Source: Patescibacteria group bacterium
GTDB taxonomy: Bacteria; Patescibacteriota; Minisyncoccia; Phycocordibacterales; GWA1-40-21
Assembly: GCA_018968925.1 (NCBI GenBank)
Contig: JAGWZI010000001.1
Location: 1-49,920, forward strand
Direction of reading: 5' to 3'
Length of the DNA: 49,920 nucleotides
Under the pieces are notes generated by a model. The model was given only the letters and a program-made list of their open reading frames with translations. It had not been told where the DNA came from and made no database searches. Within the stretch, counting starts at the first letter, position 1, and every line of letters starts with the position of its first letter. Positions 34,100 through 43,852 of the stretch are shown one piece after another. The position numbers and the translations under genes are program-made.

Positions 34100-35557
34100 C
34101 TATTCCTTCGAGCGCATAAACGGAAAAATCTGCGATTCGCGGGCGGGCAGGTCGGCAAGGAACGAGAACAGTCGCTCGGAGAAACCGAAGCCGAAGGCCG
34201 GCGGCATGCCGTATTCCATGGCCTCGACGAATTCTTCATCCATCATCTGCGCCTCTTCGTCCCCCGCCGCGCGAAGTTTCGCCTGCTCTTCGAACCGCGC
34301 GCGCTGATCGAGCGGGTCGTTCAGTTCGCTGAAACCTTTGCCCATTTCGCTGCCAGCAAGAATGACTTGGAAGCGTTCGACGACGGCCGGATTCTTCTCG
34401 CTCTTTTTGGCAAGCGGCTCGAGCATAACCGGCACACCGACAAGAAACGCAGGTCCCCCAATCTGCCGGCGGCAATATTTCCACAAGGTGTCAATGCCGC
34501 GGTTTGTGTTGAAACCTTTCTTATCATATTCGACTTTGAGATCACGGAGTTTCTTCTCGATGTCTTTTTCGCTCGCCGACAGGATGTCGATGCCGGTCTT
34601 TTCCTTGATCAGTTTGACGAAATCGATCGTCTCCCATTTTTTGCCAAGGTCGATCTCGAAGCCGCGGATCTTGAATTGCAAAGTGCCGAACGTTTCCTTC
34701 GCGACATATTTGTACATGTCCTCGACGAACTTCATTCCATGTTCGTAATCGGAATACGCTTCATAGAATTCGACAAGCGTATAATCCTGCAAATGCTCGG
34801 CGTCGGCACCTTCGTTGCGAAAGACGCGGCCCATCTCGTAGATCTTCGGGAAGCCGGCGACAAGGAGACGTTTCAGCGCAAGTTCGAGCGAAATGCGCAG
34901 GTATACGTCCGTATCGTAGGCGTTGTAATGCGTGAGGAACGGCCGCGCCTCGGCGCCGCCTGCGGCGTTCTCGAGCACCGGCGTATCGACGGTCATGAAG
35001 CCGTTCTTTTCAAGATAGGTGCGGATCGCCGAAAAGAATTTCGCCCGCTTCTCGATCGTCGCTTTGATGTCCGGATTGAACAGGATGTCGAGATAGCGGC
35101 GACGAAACCGCTCTTCCTCATCTGTGAGACCGTGCCATTTCTCGGGCAATGGCCGGAGCGATTTCGCGAGCATCGTCCAAACGGAGACCGCAAGCGTTTT
35201 CTCGCCGCGCTTCGTGACAAAGAGCGTTCCCGCGACGCCGACGAAATCGCCGACATCGACGGTTTCCATGAAGTCATTGAAAATTTTCTCGTCGACATCG
35301 TCCTTCTTCAGGAGCGCCTGGAATGTCGCCGTGCCGTCCGTGATATTGAAAAAAACGAGGCCGCCCTGCGCGCGGATCGCCATGACGCGGCCGGCAAGAT
35401 GCAGGATTTTCTTCTTCGACAGTTTTTCGAAATCGACGACCGCATCGGCAAGCGAGACGTCACGTTTCGATTCGACCGGATACGGGTTCCTGCCGAGCTT
35501 CTCGAGCCGTTTCAGTTTGCCGATGCGCGTCTCGCGCAATTCATCGAGCGATGACAT
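34100..35557 (-). CDS. lysS: lysyl-tRNA synthetase, class II
   Basis: 485 aa with an N-terminal OB anticodon-binding domain and class II motifs (FRNEGADAEHLQDYTLVEFY, GFGFSERL). Confidence 0.95.
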   Translation of the reverse strand: MSSLDELRETRIGKLKRLEKLGRNPYPVESKRDVSLADAVVDFEKLSKKKILHLAGRVMAIRAQGGLVFFNITDGTATFQALLKKDDVDEKIFNDFMETVDVGDFVGVAGTLFVTKRGEKTLAVSVWTMLAKSLRPLPEKWHGLTDEEERFRRRYLDILFNPDIKATIEKRAKFFSAIRTYLEKNGFMTVDTPVLENAAGGAEARPFLTHYNAYDTDVYLRISLELALKRLLVAGFPKIYEMGRVFRNEGADAEHLQDYTLVEFYEAYSDYEHGMKFVEDMYKYVAKETFGTLQFKIRGFEIDLGKKWETIDFVKLIKEKTGIDILSASEKDIEKKLRDLKVEYDKKGFNTNRGIDTLWKYCRRQIGGPAFLVGVPVMLEPLAKKSEKNPAVVERFQVILAGSEMGKGFSELNDPLDQRARFEEQAKLRAAGDEEAQMMDEEFVEAMEYGMPPAFGFGFSERLFSFLADLPARESQIFPFMRSKE

Positions 35558-35563
35558 AAAAAT

Positions 35564-36034
35564 TTATTTGACCTCAACGACGGAATATTCCATCGGGCCG
35601 GACGGCGACGTGAACGAGAACACTTCGCCTTTCTTCTTGCCAAGGACCGCGGCACCCAAGGGCGAACGGTTCGAGATCTTGCCCGAGGCCATGTCGGATT
35701 CCGCCGAGCCGACGATCATGAATGTCCGGCGCGTGCCGTCTTTCTTCTTTTCTACCGTGACCGTCGAACCGATGATGGCATGGTCGCCGTGGCGATCTTC
35801 GACGATTGTCGCGTTCTTGAGGATCATTTCAAGTTTCGCAATGCGCTCCTCCACCTCGGCCTGCTCGGCGCGTGCTTCGTGATATTCGGCATTCTCGGAC
35901 AGATCGCCGAGGCTCCGCGCGTAATCGAGCGCTTCCGCCACTTCTTTGCGCTTCACATTCTTGAGCTCTTTCACCTCCTTCGTGAGCTCGTCATACTTCT
36001 GCTGGGTCAGATATTCCCGATGCGGTTCCGTCAT
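35564..36034 (-). CDS. greA: transcription elongation factor GreA
   Basis: 156 aa with the coiled-coil region containing SLGDLSENAEYHEARAEQ and a C-terminal FKBP-like domain. Confidence 0.9.
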   Translation of the reverse strand: MTEPHREYLTQQKYDELTKEVKELKNVKRKEVAEALDYARSLGDLSENAEYHEARAEQAEVEERIAKLEMILKNATIVEDRHGDHAIIGSTVTVEKKKDGTRRTFMIVGSAESDMASGKISNRSPLGAAVLGKKKGEVFSFTSPSGPMEYSVVEVK

Positions 36035-36110
36035 GGTATTTTTGTTGTGCCGCTAAAACGAAATGATTCTTGCCGGCGAGTATAGCAGAAAAGCCGACGG
36101 AAGTACATGC

Positions 36111-37817
36111 CTAGCCTTTCAAATATTCCGGTTTCGCCGTCGAAAGCCAATCGAGCACCTGCCGGATGGCCGCCACGCCGCCGACCGATGCCGTCGACGG
36201 CCCCTGCTCCATGACAAGCGCGAAAGCGTATTTCGGCTTGTCGTACGGGAAAAATCCGGTGACCCAGGAATTCAAATATTGATTCTCGGCGCCGATCTGC
36301 GCCGTGCCCGTTTTTGCCGCAATGGCCACATACGGCACGTTGAGCCCCGTCGCGACGCCGCCAAGAACGTCCATGCGCATGCCGGTCCGCACGATATCGT
36401 AATATGACCGATTCATGCCGGGAATCTCCGTGAGATCAGACGGATTGCCGCCGGCGAGAATCGACGGCGCAATGAGCTTGCCGCCGTTCGCCACGGCTGC
36501 GACCGCGCGCGCCATCTGGATCGGCGTTACTTGCCAGCCGTACTGCCCGATGGCCGTGTGATACGTGTCGCCGATGAGCCAGTCTTCATTGTCGAAATGT
36601 TCCGCCTTCCAGAGCGGGCTCGGCACCGTGCCGCCTGCGCCGGAAAAGAAGCCGTTCGGAATGTCCTCACCAAAACCAAACATGTTCATATATTTGTCGA
36701 TAAGCGATATGCCGAGACCTTTTTGATCCTCGAAGCCGCCGCCGACCTCATAGAAATAGACGTCGGACGAAACCGCGATGGCATGCTCCATATCCACCCA
36801 GCCTTGCGCGCGCCAGTCCTTGAAGACAGACGGATGCGACGGATCGTACGGATTCGGCACCGTGATCGATCCGGTCGAAAGGATCTTCGTCGCCGGATCG
36901 ATGATGTTTTCGGCCAGAGCCGCAAGGGCGACGAAGGGCTTTACCGTCGAACCGGGCGCATAGAGACCGTCCGTCACGCGGTCGAGAAACGGATTGTTCT
37001 TGTTCGAAAGCATCTGTTTGATCGCCGCCGCATCGGTGTGATCGGTCATCGTCTGCGAATCGTAACCGGGGAAACTCGTCATGGCGACGACTTCGCCCGT
37101 ATCGACGTCCATGATCACGCCGGCGCCTCCGGTAAATCCGGATTGTTTTGCGACGGATGCGATCGAACCGTACAGTTTTGACGTGATGTCCGCATCGATG
37201 GAAAGCGTGACATCCGATCCGTCTGATGGCGGACTGACAACGCTCGACGAGACGACCTTGCCGCTCACATCCGATTCGACGAGCTGTTTGCCATCCGTGC
37301 CGGCAAGCTCGCCGTTGAAGAATTTTTCCGCTCCGCCGATGCCGGTGAAATCGTCATTATAATAGAAACCCGAGCTGTCCTTCTGCGGATACGCGACATA
37401 GCCGAGAAGATTGCCGAGACCCGGAGCCGGATCGTATTTGCGCAAAGCGACGGGCGAACCGCTCGCGGCCGGAGCGTTCCAGGCGAGCTTCACGCCGTTC
37501 CGGTCGAAAATGACGCCGCGGTTCGCAAAAAGCACGGTAGCATGCAAAGCGTTCGCATCACTGCGCGCCGCATAATACTCTCCCCGGACGACTTCGAGCA
37601 CGAACGCGCGAGCGAAGAAACCGGCAAAAACAAGCGCGCAGACGATGCCGAGCGCGACGAAAGCTCGGCGCGAGATCGGTCTTTCAAGCCTGCCTTCGAA
37701 CTGGTTCGTGTCGAATTTCGGCAAATTCTTGGCATCGAGAAAAATCTCGTCCGGCTCGATGTCCCGGATGCCTTTCTGCCGCAAACTCATGCTTTTTTTT
37801 CTGAACGAAAGCGACAT
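36111..37817 (-). CDS. mrdA: penicillin-binding protein 2 (elongasome transpeptidase)
   Basis: 568 aa with a TM, PGSTVKPF (SxxK), SSDVYFY (SxD/N) and KTGTAQ. It lies immediately downstream of mreBCD. Confidence 0.85.
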   Translation of the reverse strand: MSLSFRKKSMSLRQKGIRDIEPDEIFLDAKNLPKFDTNQFEGRLERPISRRAFVALGIVCALVFAGFFARAFVLEVVRGEYYAARSDANALHATVLFANRGVIFDRNGVKLAWNAPAASGSPVALRKYDPAPGLGNLLGYVAYPQKDSSGFYYNDDFTGIGGAEKFFNGELAGTDGKQLVESDVSGKVVSSSVVSPPSDGSDVTLSIDADITSKLYGSIASVAKQSGFTGGAGVIMDVDTGEVVAMTSFPGYDSQTMTDHTDAAAIKQMLSNKNNPFLDRVTDGLYAPGSTVKPFVALAALAENIIDPATKILSTGSITVPNPYDPSHPSVFKDWRAQGWVDMEHAIAVSSDVYFYEVGGGFEDQKGLGISLIDKYMNMFGFGEDIPNGFFSGAGGTVPSPLWKAEHFDNEDWLIGDTYHTAIGQYGWQVTPIQMARAVAAVANGGKLIAPSILAGGNPSDLTEIPGMNRSYYDIVRTGMRMDVLGGVATGLNVPYVAIAAKTGTAQIGAENQYLNSWVTGFFPYDKPKYAFALVMEQGPSTASVGGVAAIRQVLDWLSTAKPEYLKG

Positions 37818-37822
37818 GCCGA

Positions 37823-38089
37823 TTACTGCCGATGATACCAGAGAACCGACGATTTGACCGGAAACGAGGCGAGGAAAATAACGATTGCCCCAAAAAGAAA
37901 CACGTGACCGGACCTAATACCGAGGAATCCGCCGCCGGAATACAAAATATCGAGGAGGGCGGCGAAGACGATCGCCTCAAAAAACAGATCGAAGAAAAAG
38001 ACGGCTGAAACAGCGAGGATGAATGCGGCGAGCGGCGGCAGAAAAAACAATGACAGGAAGAGAAGGCAGTCGGTAAGGAAGCGCTTCAT
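37823..38089 (-). CDS. small polytopic membrane protein in the MreD position
   Basis: From the ATG at 38089, 88 aa and very hydrophobic (LLFLSLFFLPPLAAFILAVSAVFFFDLFF...). It lies between mreC and mrdA and is much shorter than typical MreD. Confidence 0.4.
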   Translation of the reverse strand: MKRFLTDCLLFLSLFFLPPLAAFILAVSAVFFFDLFFEAIVFAALLDILYSGGGFLGIRSGHVFLFGAIVIFLASFPVKSSVLWYHRQ

Positions 38090-38090
38090 A

Positions 38091-38891
38091 TCAGTGGCGG
38101 CTTGGCGAGACAATTTCGACAAAGCGGATGTTCGCGATATTGACCGGCAAAGACACAAGGACGGTTTCAAGAGAATCGGACGGCTTTGACGCGACGCTTT
38201 CGACGGTGCCGACGATGTTCGTCGAAATCGACGGCGCACTCACGGCATCGCCGACGGCAACATCCGATCCCGACGGCAACCGTATCTCAAGCGCGCCGCC
38301 GCCCATGCCGGTCGCAAGCGTCTCGATCGAGCTTGACCCGACGAGCACGCGCGTTGAAACGCCCGAAGAGGAATAGAGGGTCGCTTTCGACTCGTGAGCG
38401 AACGTCTCGGAAACGAAACCGATCGGCACAAAACCATCCGCGACCACCTGGTCTCCCGCCGCGACGCCGTCGGCCGTCCCCGCATCGATGACGAGCGTAT
38501 CATACGGAGAGAACGGCGGCTTGGCGAGCACGGCCGCGAGAATCCCGTTCTTGCCCGCCGTCTTCCGGCCGAGTGCCGCCTTCAGACCCGCGTTCTCGTT
38601 CTGAAGCGTTTCGACGAGAGCCGCATCTGCCTTTTCGGCGGAAAGTTCTGCCGCGAGGCTTGCATTTTCGGCGGCAAGCGACTCTTTCGTCCGCGCGATC
38701 GCGCCCAAGTTCGAAAGCCATGATGCGACGAGATTCTTTCCTTCCCAGAACGGCCTGCTTACCGCGAAGAGAAAGCTTTTCGGTCCGGACAAAGACAAAA
38801 TGACGAGGATGACGAGCGTGATGCTCGCACCGGTGAGGAAGGCGCCGCGTCCTCCGGCCGCAAAATCGCTATTTCTTCGGCGGAAGTTCAT
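38091..38891 (-). CDS. mreC: rod shape-determining protein MreC
   Basis: From the ATG at 38891: a TM, a coiled coil (ENASLAAELSAEKADAALVETLQNENAGLKAAL), and beta-barrel domains with DTLVIDAGTADGV. It overlaps the mreB end by 23 nt. Confidence 0.8.
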   Translation of the reverse strand: MNFRRRNSDFAAGGRGAFLTGASITLVILVILSLSGPKSFLFAVSRPFWEGKNLVASWLSNLGAIARTKESLAAENASLAAELSAEKADAALVETLQNENAGLKAALGRKTAGKNGILAAVLAKPPFSPYDTLVIDAGTADGVAAGDQVVADGFVPIGFVSETFAHESKATLYSSSGVSTRVLVGSSSIETLATGMGGGALEIRLPSGSDVAVGDAVSAPSISTNIVGTVESVASKPSDSLETVLVSLPVNIANIRFVEIVSPSRH

Positions 38892-39930
38892 CTTCTTTCT
38901 GGATAAGCACTTCTTTGTACATGTCCATATTTTCGAGAATGACGCCCGCTCCGCGCGCCACGGCAGTGAGCGGGTCGTCCGCAATGCGCACGGGAATCTT
39001 CAGATATTCGCGGAGCAGTTCGTCAAGACCGATGATGAGCGCGCCGCCGCCGAAAAGATGGATGCCTTTCTGCATGACGTCGGCGAGGATCTCGGGCGGC
39101 GTCGTTTCGAGAACTTCCTTCGTCCCTTCGACGATCGCTTCGACCGACGATGACATCGCTTCGCGGATGTCGGCATCGGTGAGGATGACTTCGCGCGGCA
39201 GACCGGTGATGAGATCGCGCCCTTTGACCGGCGTCTCAAGGTGTTCGTTCGGCACGACGGCGCCGATCGCCATCTTCACCGCTTCGGCCGTTTTTTCGCC
39301 GATCAGGATCTTGAACTCGCCGCGGATGTAGCTCACGATGTCGGCGTTCAGCTTGTCGCCCGCGATGCGCAGATTTTTCGACCGCACGATGCCGCCGAGC
39401 GAGATGACCGCGATGTCCGTCGTGCCGCCGCCGATGTCGATGACCATGCTGCCGACCGGGTCGTTCACCGGCAATCGGATGCCGATCGCGCCGGCCATCG
39501 GTTCCTCGACGATGTGCACCTCGCGCGCGCCGGCGCTTTTCGCCGCGTCGCGCACGGCGCGAATCTCGACGTTCGTCACGCCGGACGGCACGCCGACAAC
39601 GACCCGAGGACCGAGCATTTTCGGAGAAAGTTCCTCCGCCCGTTTGATGAGATACGCGATCATCTCCTCGGTCACTTCGAAATCGGAAATGACGCCGTCG
39701 ACCAAAGGACGCACCGCGACAATGTGCGGCGGCGTCCGGCCGAGCATCTCGCGCGCCTGCGCGCCGACCGCGACCACACGGCCGGTCTTCTGGTTGAGCG
39801 CGACGACGGACGGTTCGTTCACGACGATCCCCTTGCCCGCAAGGTAGACCAACGTGTTCGCCGTGCCAAGATCGATGCCGATGTCGTTCGAGAACTGCTT
39901 GTATATTCTTTTCTTCAGGTTGTCGAGCAT
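38869..39930 (-). CDS. mreB: rod shape-determining actin homolog MreB
   Basis: 353 aa with IGIDLGTANTLVY, NEPSVVAL, VIDIGGGTTDIAV and GGGALIIGLDELL. Confidence 0.95.
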   Translation of the reverse strand: MLDNLKKRIYKQFSNDIGIDLGTANTLVYLAGKGIVVNEPSVVALNQKTGRVVAVGAQAREMLGRTPPHIVAVRPLVDGVISDFEVTEEMIAYLIKRAEELSPKMLGPRVVVGVPSGVTNVEIRAVRDAAKSAGAREVHIVEEPMAGAIGIRLPVNDPVGSMVIDIGGGTTDIAVISLGGIVRSKNLRIAGDKLNADIVSYIRGEFKILIGEKTAEAVKMAIGAVVPNEHLETPVKGRDLITGLPREVILTDADIREAMSSSVEAIVEGTKEVLETTPPEILADVMQKGIHLFGGGALIIGLDELLREYLKIPVRIADDPLTAVARGAGVILENMDMYKEVLIQKEDELPPKK

Positions 39931-39931
39931 G

Positions 39932-41191
39932 CTATTGATATTTGGCGACGAAATCGAGCAATTCTTTTTCTTTCAGCATTGAAATGTTTCCGCTCGCGCG
40001 TTCCTTCACTTCGAATTCTTTCTTCGCAAGACCTTTTTCCGACACGACGACGCGCAGCGGCACGCCGATCAAATCGGAATCGGCGAATTTCTCCCCGGCG
40101 CGCGCATCGCGATCGTCGTAGAGGACTTCGACGCGAGCAGCCTGCAATTTCTTGTAGATATCTTCCGCCGCCTTTTTGACCGCCGGATCATCGGAAGAAA
40201 GCTCGACGATGTGGACGGCGAACGGCGCGATGGACACGGGCCAGACGAGACCTTTGTCGTCGGCGAGAATTTCCACGATCGTGCCCATCAGGCGGCCAAG
40301 GCCGATCCCATACGAACCCATGACGACGAGCTTCTCTTCCCCTTTCTCATCCTTATATTTCAAGCCGAAGGGTTCCGAGAATTTCGTGCCAAGCGAGAAG
40401 ATGTTGCCGACTTCGATGGCCTTTTTCTCCTCAAGATCGGCTTTCTTGATGCCGAGATCCTTCAGAATTTCATCGGCGTAGACTTCCTTGTTCACGGCGA
40501 TTCCCTTCTTTGCGTCGAGATGGATCGTGTCCTCGCCGGCATCGGTCAAAGCCTGGAATTCATGGGAAAATTTGGAAAACGTGCCGCCTGAGGCGAACGT
40601 CTTATACGTCCGGTCGCCGATGCCGACGCGATCGAATATTTTCCGGTACGCCTCGGCCGCCTTTTCATAAAACGCTTCGTGTTCCTTCGCGTTTTTCGAG
40701 AACGAATAGAGCGCTTTCCAGGAGAATTCCCTGCCGCGCAAAATCCCCGACTTGCTCCGCGCTTCGTTGCGGAAGATTTCCTTGAAATCGTACGGATACG
40801 CGGGCAGGTCCTTGTAGGAACTGACGTACTGCTTCAAAATGTTCGCGTACGCCTCCTCGTTCGTGAACGACAGACCGACATCCGCGCCGCTTTTCAGTTT
40901 CGTCTTGAACCAGTTGTCGACGACCTCGTCCGACCAGCGGCCGGATTTTTCCCAAACTTCCTTCGTCTGGATGATCGACGTCTTCATCTCGAGTCCGCCG
41001 ATCGCGTTCATTTCCTCGCGGATGATATTTTCTATTTTTTTCATCACGCGCAGGCCGAGCGGCAGGTACGAATAGACGCCGGCCATTTCCTTGAAAATGA
41101 AACCGGCGCGCACCAAAAGGTTCGCATTCTTCGACACTTCGTCTTTCGGACCATCTTTCCTGGTCTTTGTGAGCAACATCGACTGCCTCAT
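39932..41191 (-). CDS. proS: prolyl-tRNA synthetase, bacterial-type core without the INS editing domain
   Basis: 419 aa with MRQSMLLTKTRKDGPKDEVSKNANLLVRAGFI (ProRS N-terminus), FRNEARSKSGILRGREF (motif 2), GSYGIGLGRL (motif 3) and a C-terminal anticodon-binding domain. No ~180-aa insertion is present. Confidence 0.9.
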   Translation of the reverse strand: MRQSMLLTKTRKDGPKDEVSKNANLLVRAGFIFKEMAGVYSYLPLGLRVMKKIENIIREEMNAIGGLEMKTSIIQTKEVWEKSGRWSDEVVDNWFKTKLKSGADVGLSFTNEEAYANILKQYVSSYKDLPAYPYDFKEIFRNEARSKSGILRGREFSWKALYSFSKNAKEHEAFYEKAAEAYRKIFDRVGIGDRTYKTFASGGTFSKFSHEFQALTDAGEDTIHLDAKKGIAVNKEVYADEILKDLGIKKADLEEKKAIEVGNIFSLGTKFSEPFGLKYKDEKGEEKLVVMGSYGIGLGRLMGTIVEILADDKGLVWPVSIAPFAVHIVELSSDDPAVKKAAEDIYKKLQAARVEVLYDDRDARAGEKFADSDLIGVPLRVVVSEKGLAKKEFEVKERASGNISMLKEKELLDFVAKYQ

Positions 41192-41254
41192 AGAGGCAAA
41201 TCATAGCGTATATACGGACAAAAACAAGGATTTGACAAACACCGGTTTTGTTTC

Positions 41255-42331
41255 TCAGTGCACGAACGCGGCGATATCATGATACGTGACGACAGCCATC
41301 AAAAGAATGATGAGCGCAAAGCCGGCAAAGTTGATCCAAACGACGAGACTCGGTTGTATTTTCCTGCGGACGACCGCTTCAATGGCGAGAATGAACACGC
41401 GTCCGCCGTCGAGCGCCGGCAGCGGCACGAGGTTGAGCACCGCGAGATTGATGGAAATGAGCGCGACGAAGCCGAGCAAATACGAAAGGCCGACCGATTC
41501 CGCCTGGCCGACCATGCTCGCAATGCCGACCGGTCCGGCAACACCGTCGAGCGCTCCTACTTTGAAAATGTTCGCGACAAGATGAACGAGGCTTCCGGCG
41601 ATGTTCCACGACTCGATCGCGACAAGCTTCCCTGCCTGCCACATCGATCCGAAAAATCCGAACTTCACCGTGCCGGCGAGCGCAAGCGCGACGCCGATCG
41701 CTTTCTTGCTTCCCGCCGTCGCGCCGGGCGTAACCGATACCGTGTCCGTTGTCCCGCCGCGGCGGTACGCGATCTCGACCGCACCGTTTGCGCCGGCGAT
41801 GATGTTCTGGATATCGGACGGTTCGGGGTGCGCCACGGTCGCCTTGCCGGAGGAAATGGAAAGGATCTCGTCGCCGCCTGCGATGCCTGCCCGCTCGGCA
41901 GGAGAATTCTGCTCGACCGAAAGGACGAGCGTGAAGGGATTTTGCGCCGCACCCGCATATTGCCCGTCGATCGAGGTGATGAGTCCGATATTGAAAGAGA
42001 CGGCGATCAAAATCCACGCGAAAAAGAAATTCATGGCGATGCCGGCGAGGAAAACGACCGCCTGCTTCCACTTTGCGGCATTGGCAAGCGAACGCGGCGA
42101 CGGATTCCCCGCATCGTCCGGATTTTCGCCGAAGATTTTCACGAAGCCCCCGAACGGTATCGCGCCGATCGCGTAGGTCGTCTCGCCGTATTGCCGCGAA
42201 AAGATGCGCGGCGGAAAGCCGATCGAGAATTCGTCGACCCGGATGCCGAACGCTTTCGCCGCCATAAAATGCCCCGCCTCGTGCACGAAGACGAGGACGG
42301 CAAGGATGACGATGAAAAGGATGACGGTCAT
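41255..42331 (-). CDS. rseP: site-2 protease RseP (M50 zinc metalloprotease)
   Basis: 358 aa with HEAGHFMAAK (HExxH) near the N-terminus, a PDZ-like middle region, and a C-terminal NLVPLPALDGG. Confidence 0.9.
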   Translation of the reverse strand: MTVILFIVILAVLVFVHEAGHFMAAKAFGIRVDEFSIGFPPRIFSRQYGETTYAIGAIPFGGFVKIFGENPDDAGNPSPRSLANAAKWKQAVVFLAGIAMNFFFAWILIAVSFNIGLITSIDGQYAGAAQNPFTLVLSVEQNSPAERAGIAGGDEILSISSGKATVAHPEPSDIQNIIAGANGAVEIAYRRGGTTDTVSVTPGATAGSKKAIGVALALAGTVKFGFFGSMWQAGKLVAIESWNIAGSLVHLVANIFKVGALDGVAGPVGIASMVGQAESVGLSYLLGFVALISINLAVLNLVPLPALDGGRVFILAIEAVVRRKIQPSLVVWINFAGFALIILLMAVVTYHDIAAFVH

Positions 42332-42883
42332 TTAGCTCGCGATTTCCTTTTCCTTCTTTTCAAAGAGGGTTTCGAGCGCTTTGTTGCCGTCATCGACGAT
42401 CTTCTGCATCTCGTTCTTGAAGCGGAACTTTTCGTCTTCGCTCATGCCGCCTTCCTTTTCCTTTGCGTCAATTTCTTTTACCGTCTCATCGCGGATCGAA
42501 CGAATATTCACCCGAGCATCCTCGAGCTTCGTCTTCGCCGCTTTCACGAGATTCGCGCGCGATTCGCCGGAAAGCTGGGGAAAGAATACGCGCACGCCTT
42601 TGTCGTCCACCGCGACCGATACGCCGAGGTTCGCCGCCGTGATCGCCTTCTCGATCTCTTTCGCCTGCGTCTTGTCATAGGGAGAAATGCGGATCGCCCG
42701 CGCGTCCTCGATGCCGATCGTCGCGACCTGATTGAGCTTCATCCGCGAACCGTACGCGTCAACCTCGACGCCGTCGAGCACCGCCGGAGACGCGATGCCG
42801 GTGCGCAAACCGGCATATTCCTTCTTCAGCCACTCTTCCGCGCCCTTCATCTTGTCCTTCAGTTTTTTGAAATCGTAGGTCAT
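42332..42883 (-). CDS. frr: ribosome recycling factor
   Basis: 183 aa with LRTGIASPAVLDGVEVDAYG and ISPYDKT...ANLG..., the typical RRF pattern. It abuts the rseP start. Confidence 0.95.
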   Translation of the reverse strand: MTYDFKKLKDKMKGAEEWLKKEYAGLRTGIASPAVLDGVEVDAYGSRMKLNQVATIGIEDARAIRISPYDKTQAKEIEKAITAANLGVSVAVDDKGVRVFFPQLSGESRANLVKAAKTKLEDARVNIRSIRDETVKEIDAKEKEGGMSEDEKFRFKNEMQKIVDDGNKALETLFEKKEKEIAS

Positions 42884-42884
42884 G

Positions 42885-43142
42885 TTAATTGTTTTCTTTG
42901 ATTTTTTTCAGAAGCTCTTCGGATTCGCCCGGCCCCGGCACGTTCGTCACGACGCGACGGAGCGCGGTGCGGAATGTTTCCGGACTGATGCCGCCGGCAC
43001 GGTGTTCTTCCTCCATTTTCTTGCCTTGCACCTGCATCACCAGATTCTTGTTCTCCTTGTAGAAAGCGATCAATTGCTCGGGATTCATCTCTCCAAACCG
43101 GACGAGAATCGGTCTTTTCTCTGCTGTCGGCATTTCTTCCAT
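42885..43142 (-). CDS. small hypothetical protein (85 aa)
   Basis: It is in an operon position between holB and frr (1-nt gap to frr). I recognise no family. Confidence 0.45.
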   Translation of the reverse strand: MEEMPTAEKRPILVRFGEMNPEQLIAFYKENKNLVMQVQGKKMEEEHRAGGISPETFRTALRRVVTNVPGPGESEELLKKIKENN

Positions 43143-43174
43143 ATGTTCCAGTATAGCAGAATATCGGCGAAAAA

Positions 43175-43852
43175 CTAGGCGATGATGGCGAGATACTCGA
43201 GGAGCATTTTCACGGACGCGGACGGATCCGACGCGTAACCGCGGGCTTTCTCAACGCGCTCGAGCAATTGCCGCTCCGCAGAAGAAAGTTTCTTGAAATC
43301 TTTTTTCGCAAGCTCCGCCTCAAGAGAATTGATGAATTTCACCGCATCGGCTTTCGCCGCTTTCTCGTCGGAAATGTTCTCGACAAGTTCCTTCACCGTG
43401 GCAAGCCGCTCGGCAAACGACGCGGCGAGGAATGTCTTCGCGTCGATCGGCGTTCCTGCCGCGCCGCCGTGCCGGACGATAAAAAGGCGCGAGCGGAGCG
43501 TCGGCAGAACGTTCGCATCAGACGGCATGATGATGAAGACATGCGTGCCGCCCTTCGGCTCTTCGAGCGATTTCAGGAGAGCGTTCTGCGCCTGCGGCGT
43601 CATGGCATCCGCGCCCACGATGAAAATTTTCCGCTCGCCCGCGACCGGAAGCCCAACGGAAAGCGCGGCAAGCGCGATCGCGTCGTCGACGCCGAACGTC
43701 GCATATTTTCCTCTCCAAAAATCCGGATTGCCTGCGATTGTAAAATCGAGCTCCTTCTCGAAAAATTTCGCGAGTTCCGCCGACACCGCATCAAACTCGC
43801 CGATGACGAGATACGCGTGGTGGAGAGTGCCGCTGTTTGAAAAGAAATCCAT
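43175..43852 (-). CDS. holB: DNA polymerase III delta-prime-like clamp-loader subunit (short)
   Basis: 225 aa with HHAYLVIGE, NALLKSLEEP and TLRSRLFIV. No Walker A GKT is present, as expected for delta-prime. Confidence 0.75.
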   Translation of the reverse strand: MDFFSNSGTLHHAYLVIGEFDAVSAELAKFFEKELDFTIAGNPDFWRGKYATFGVDDAIALAALSVGLPVAGERKIFIVGADAMTPQAQNALLKSLEEPKGGTHVFIIMPSDANVLPTLRSRLFIVRHGGAAGTPIDAKTFLAASFAERLATVKELVENISDEKAAKADAVKFINSLEAELAKKDFKKLSSAERQLLERVEKARGYASDPSASVKMLLEYLAIIA

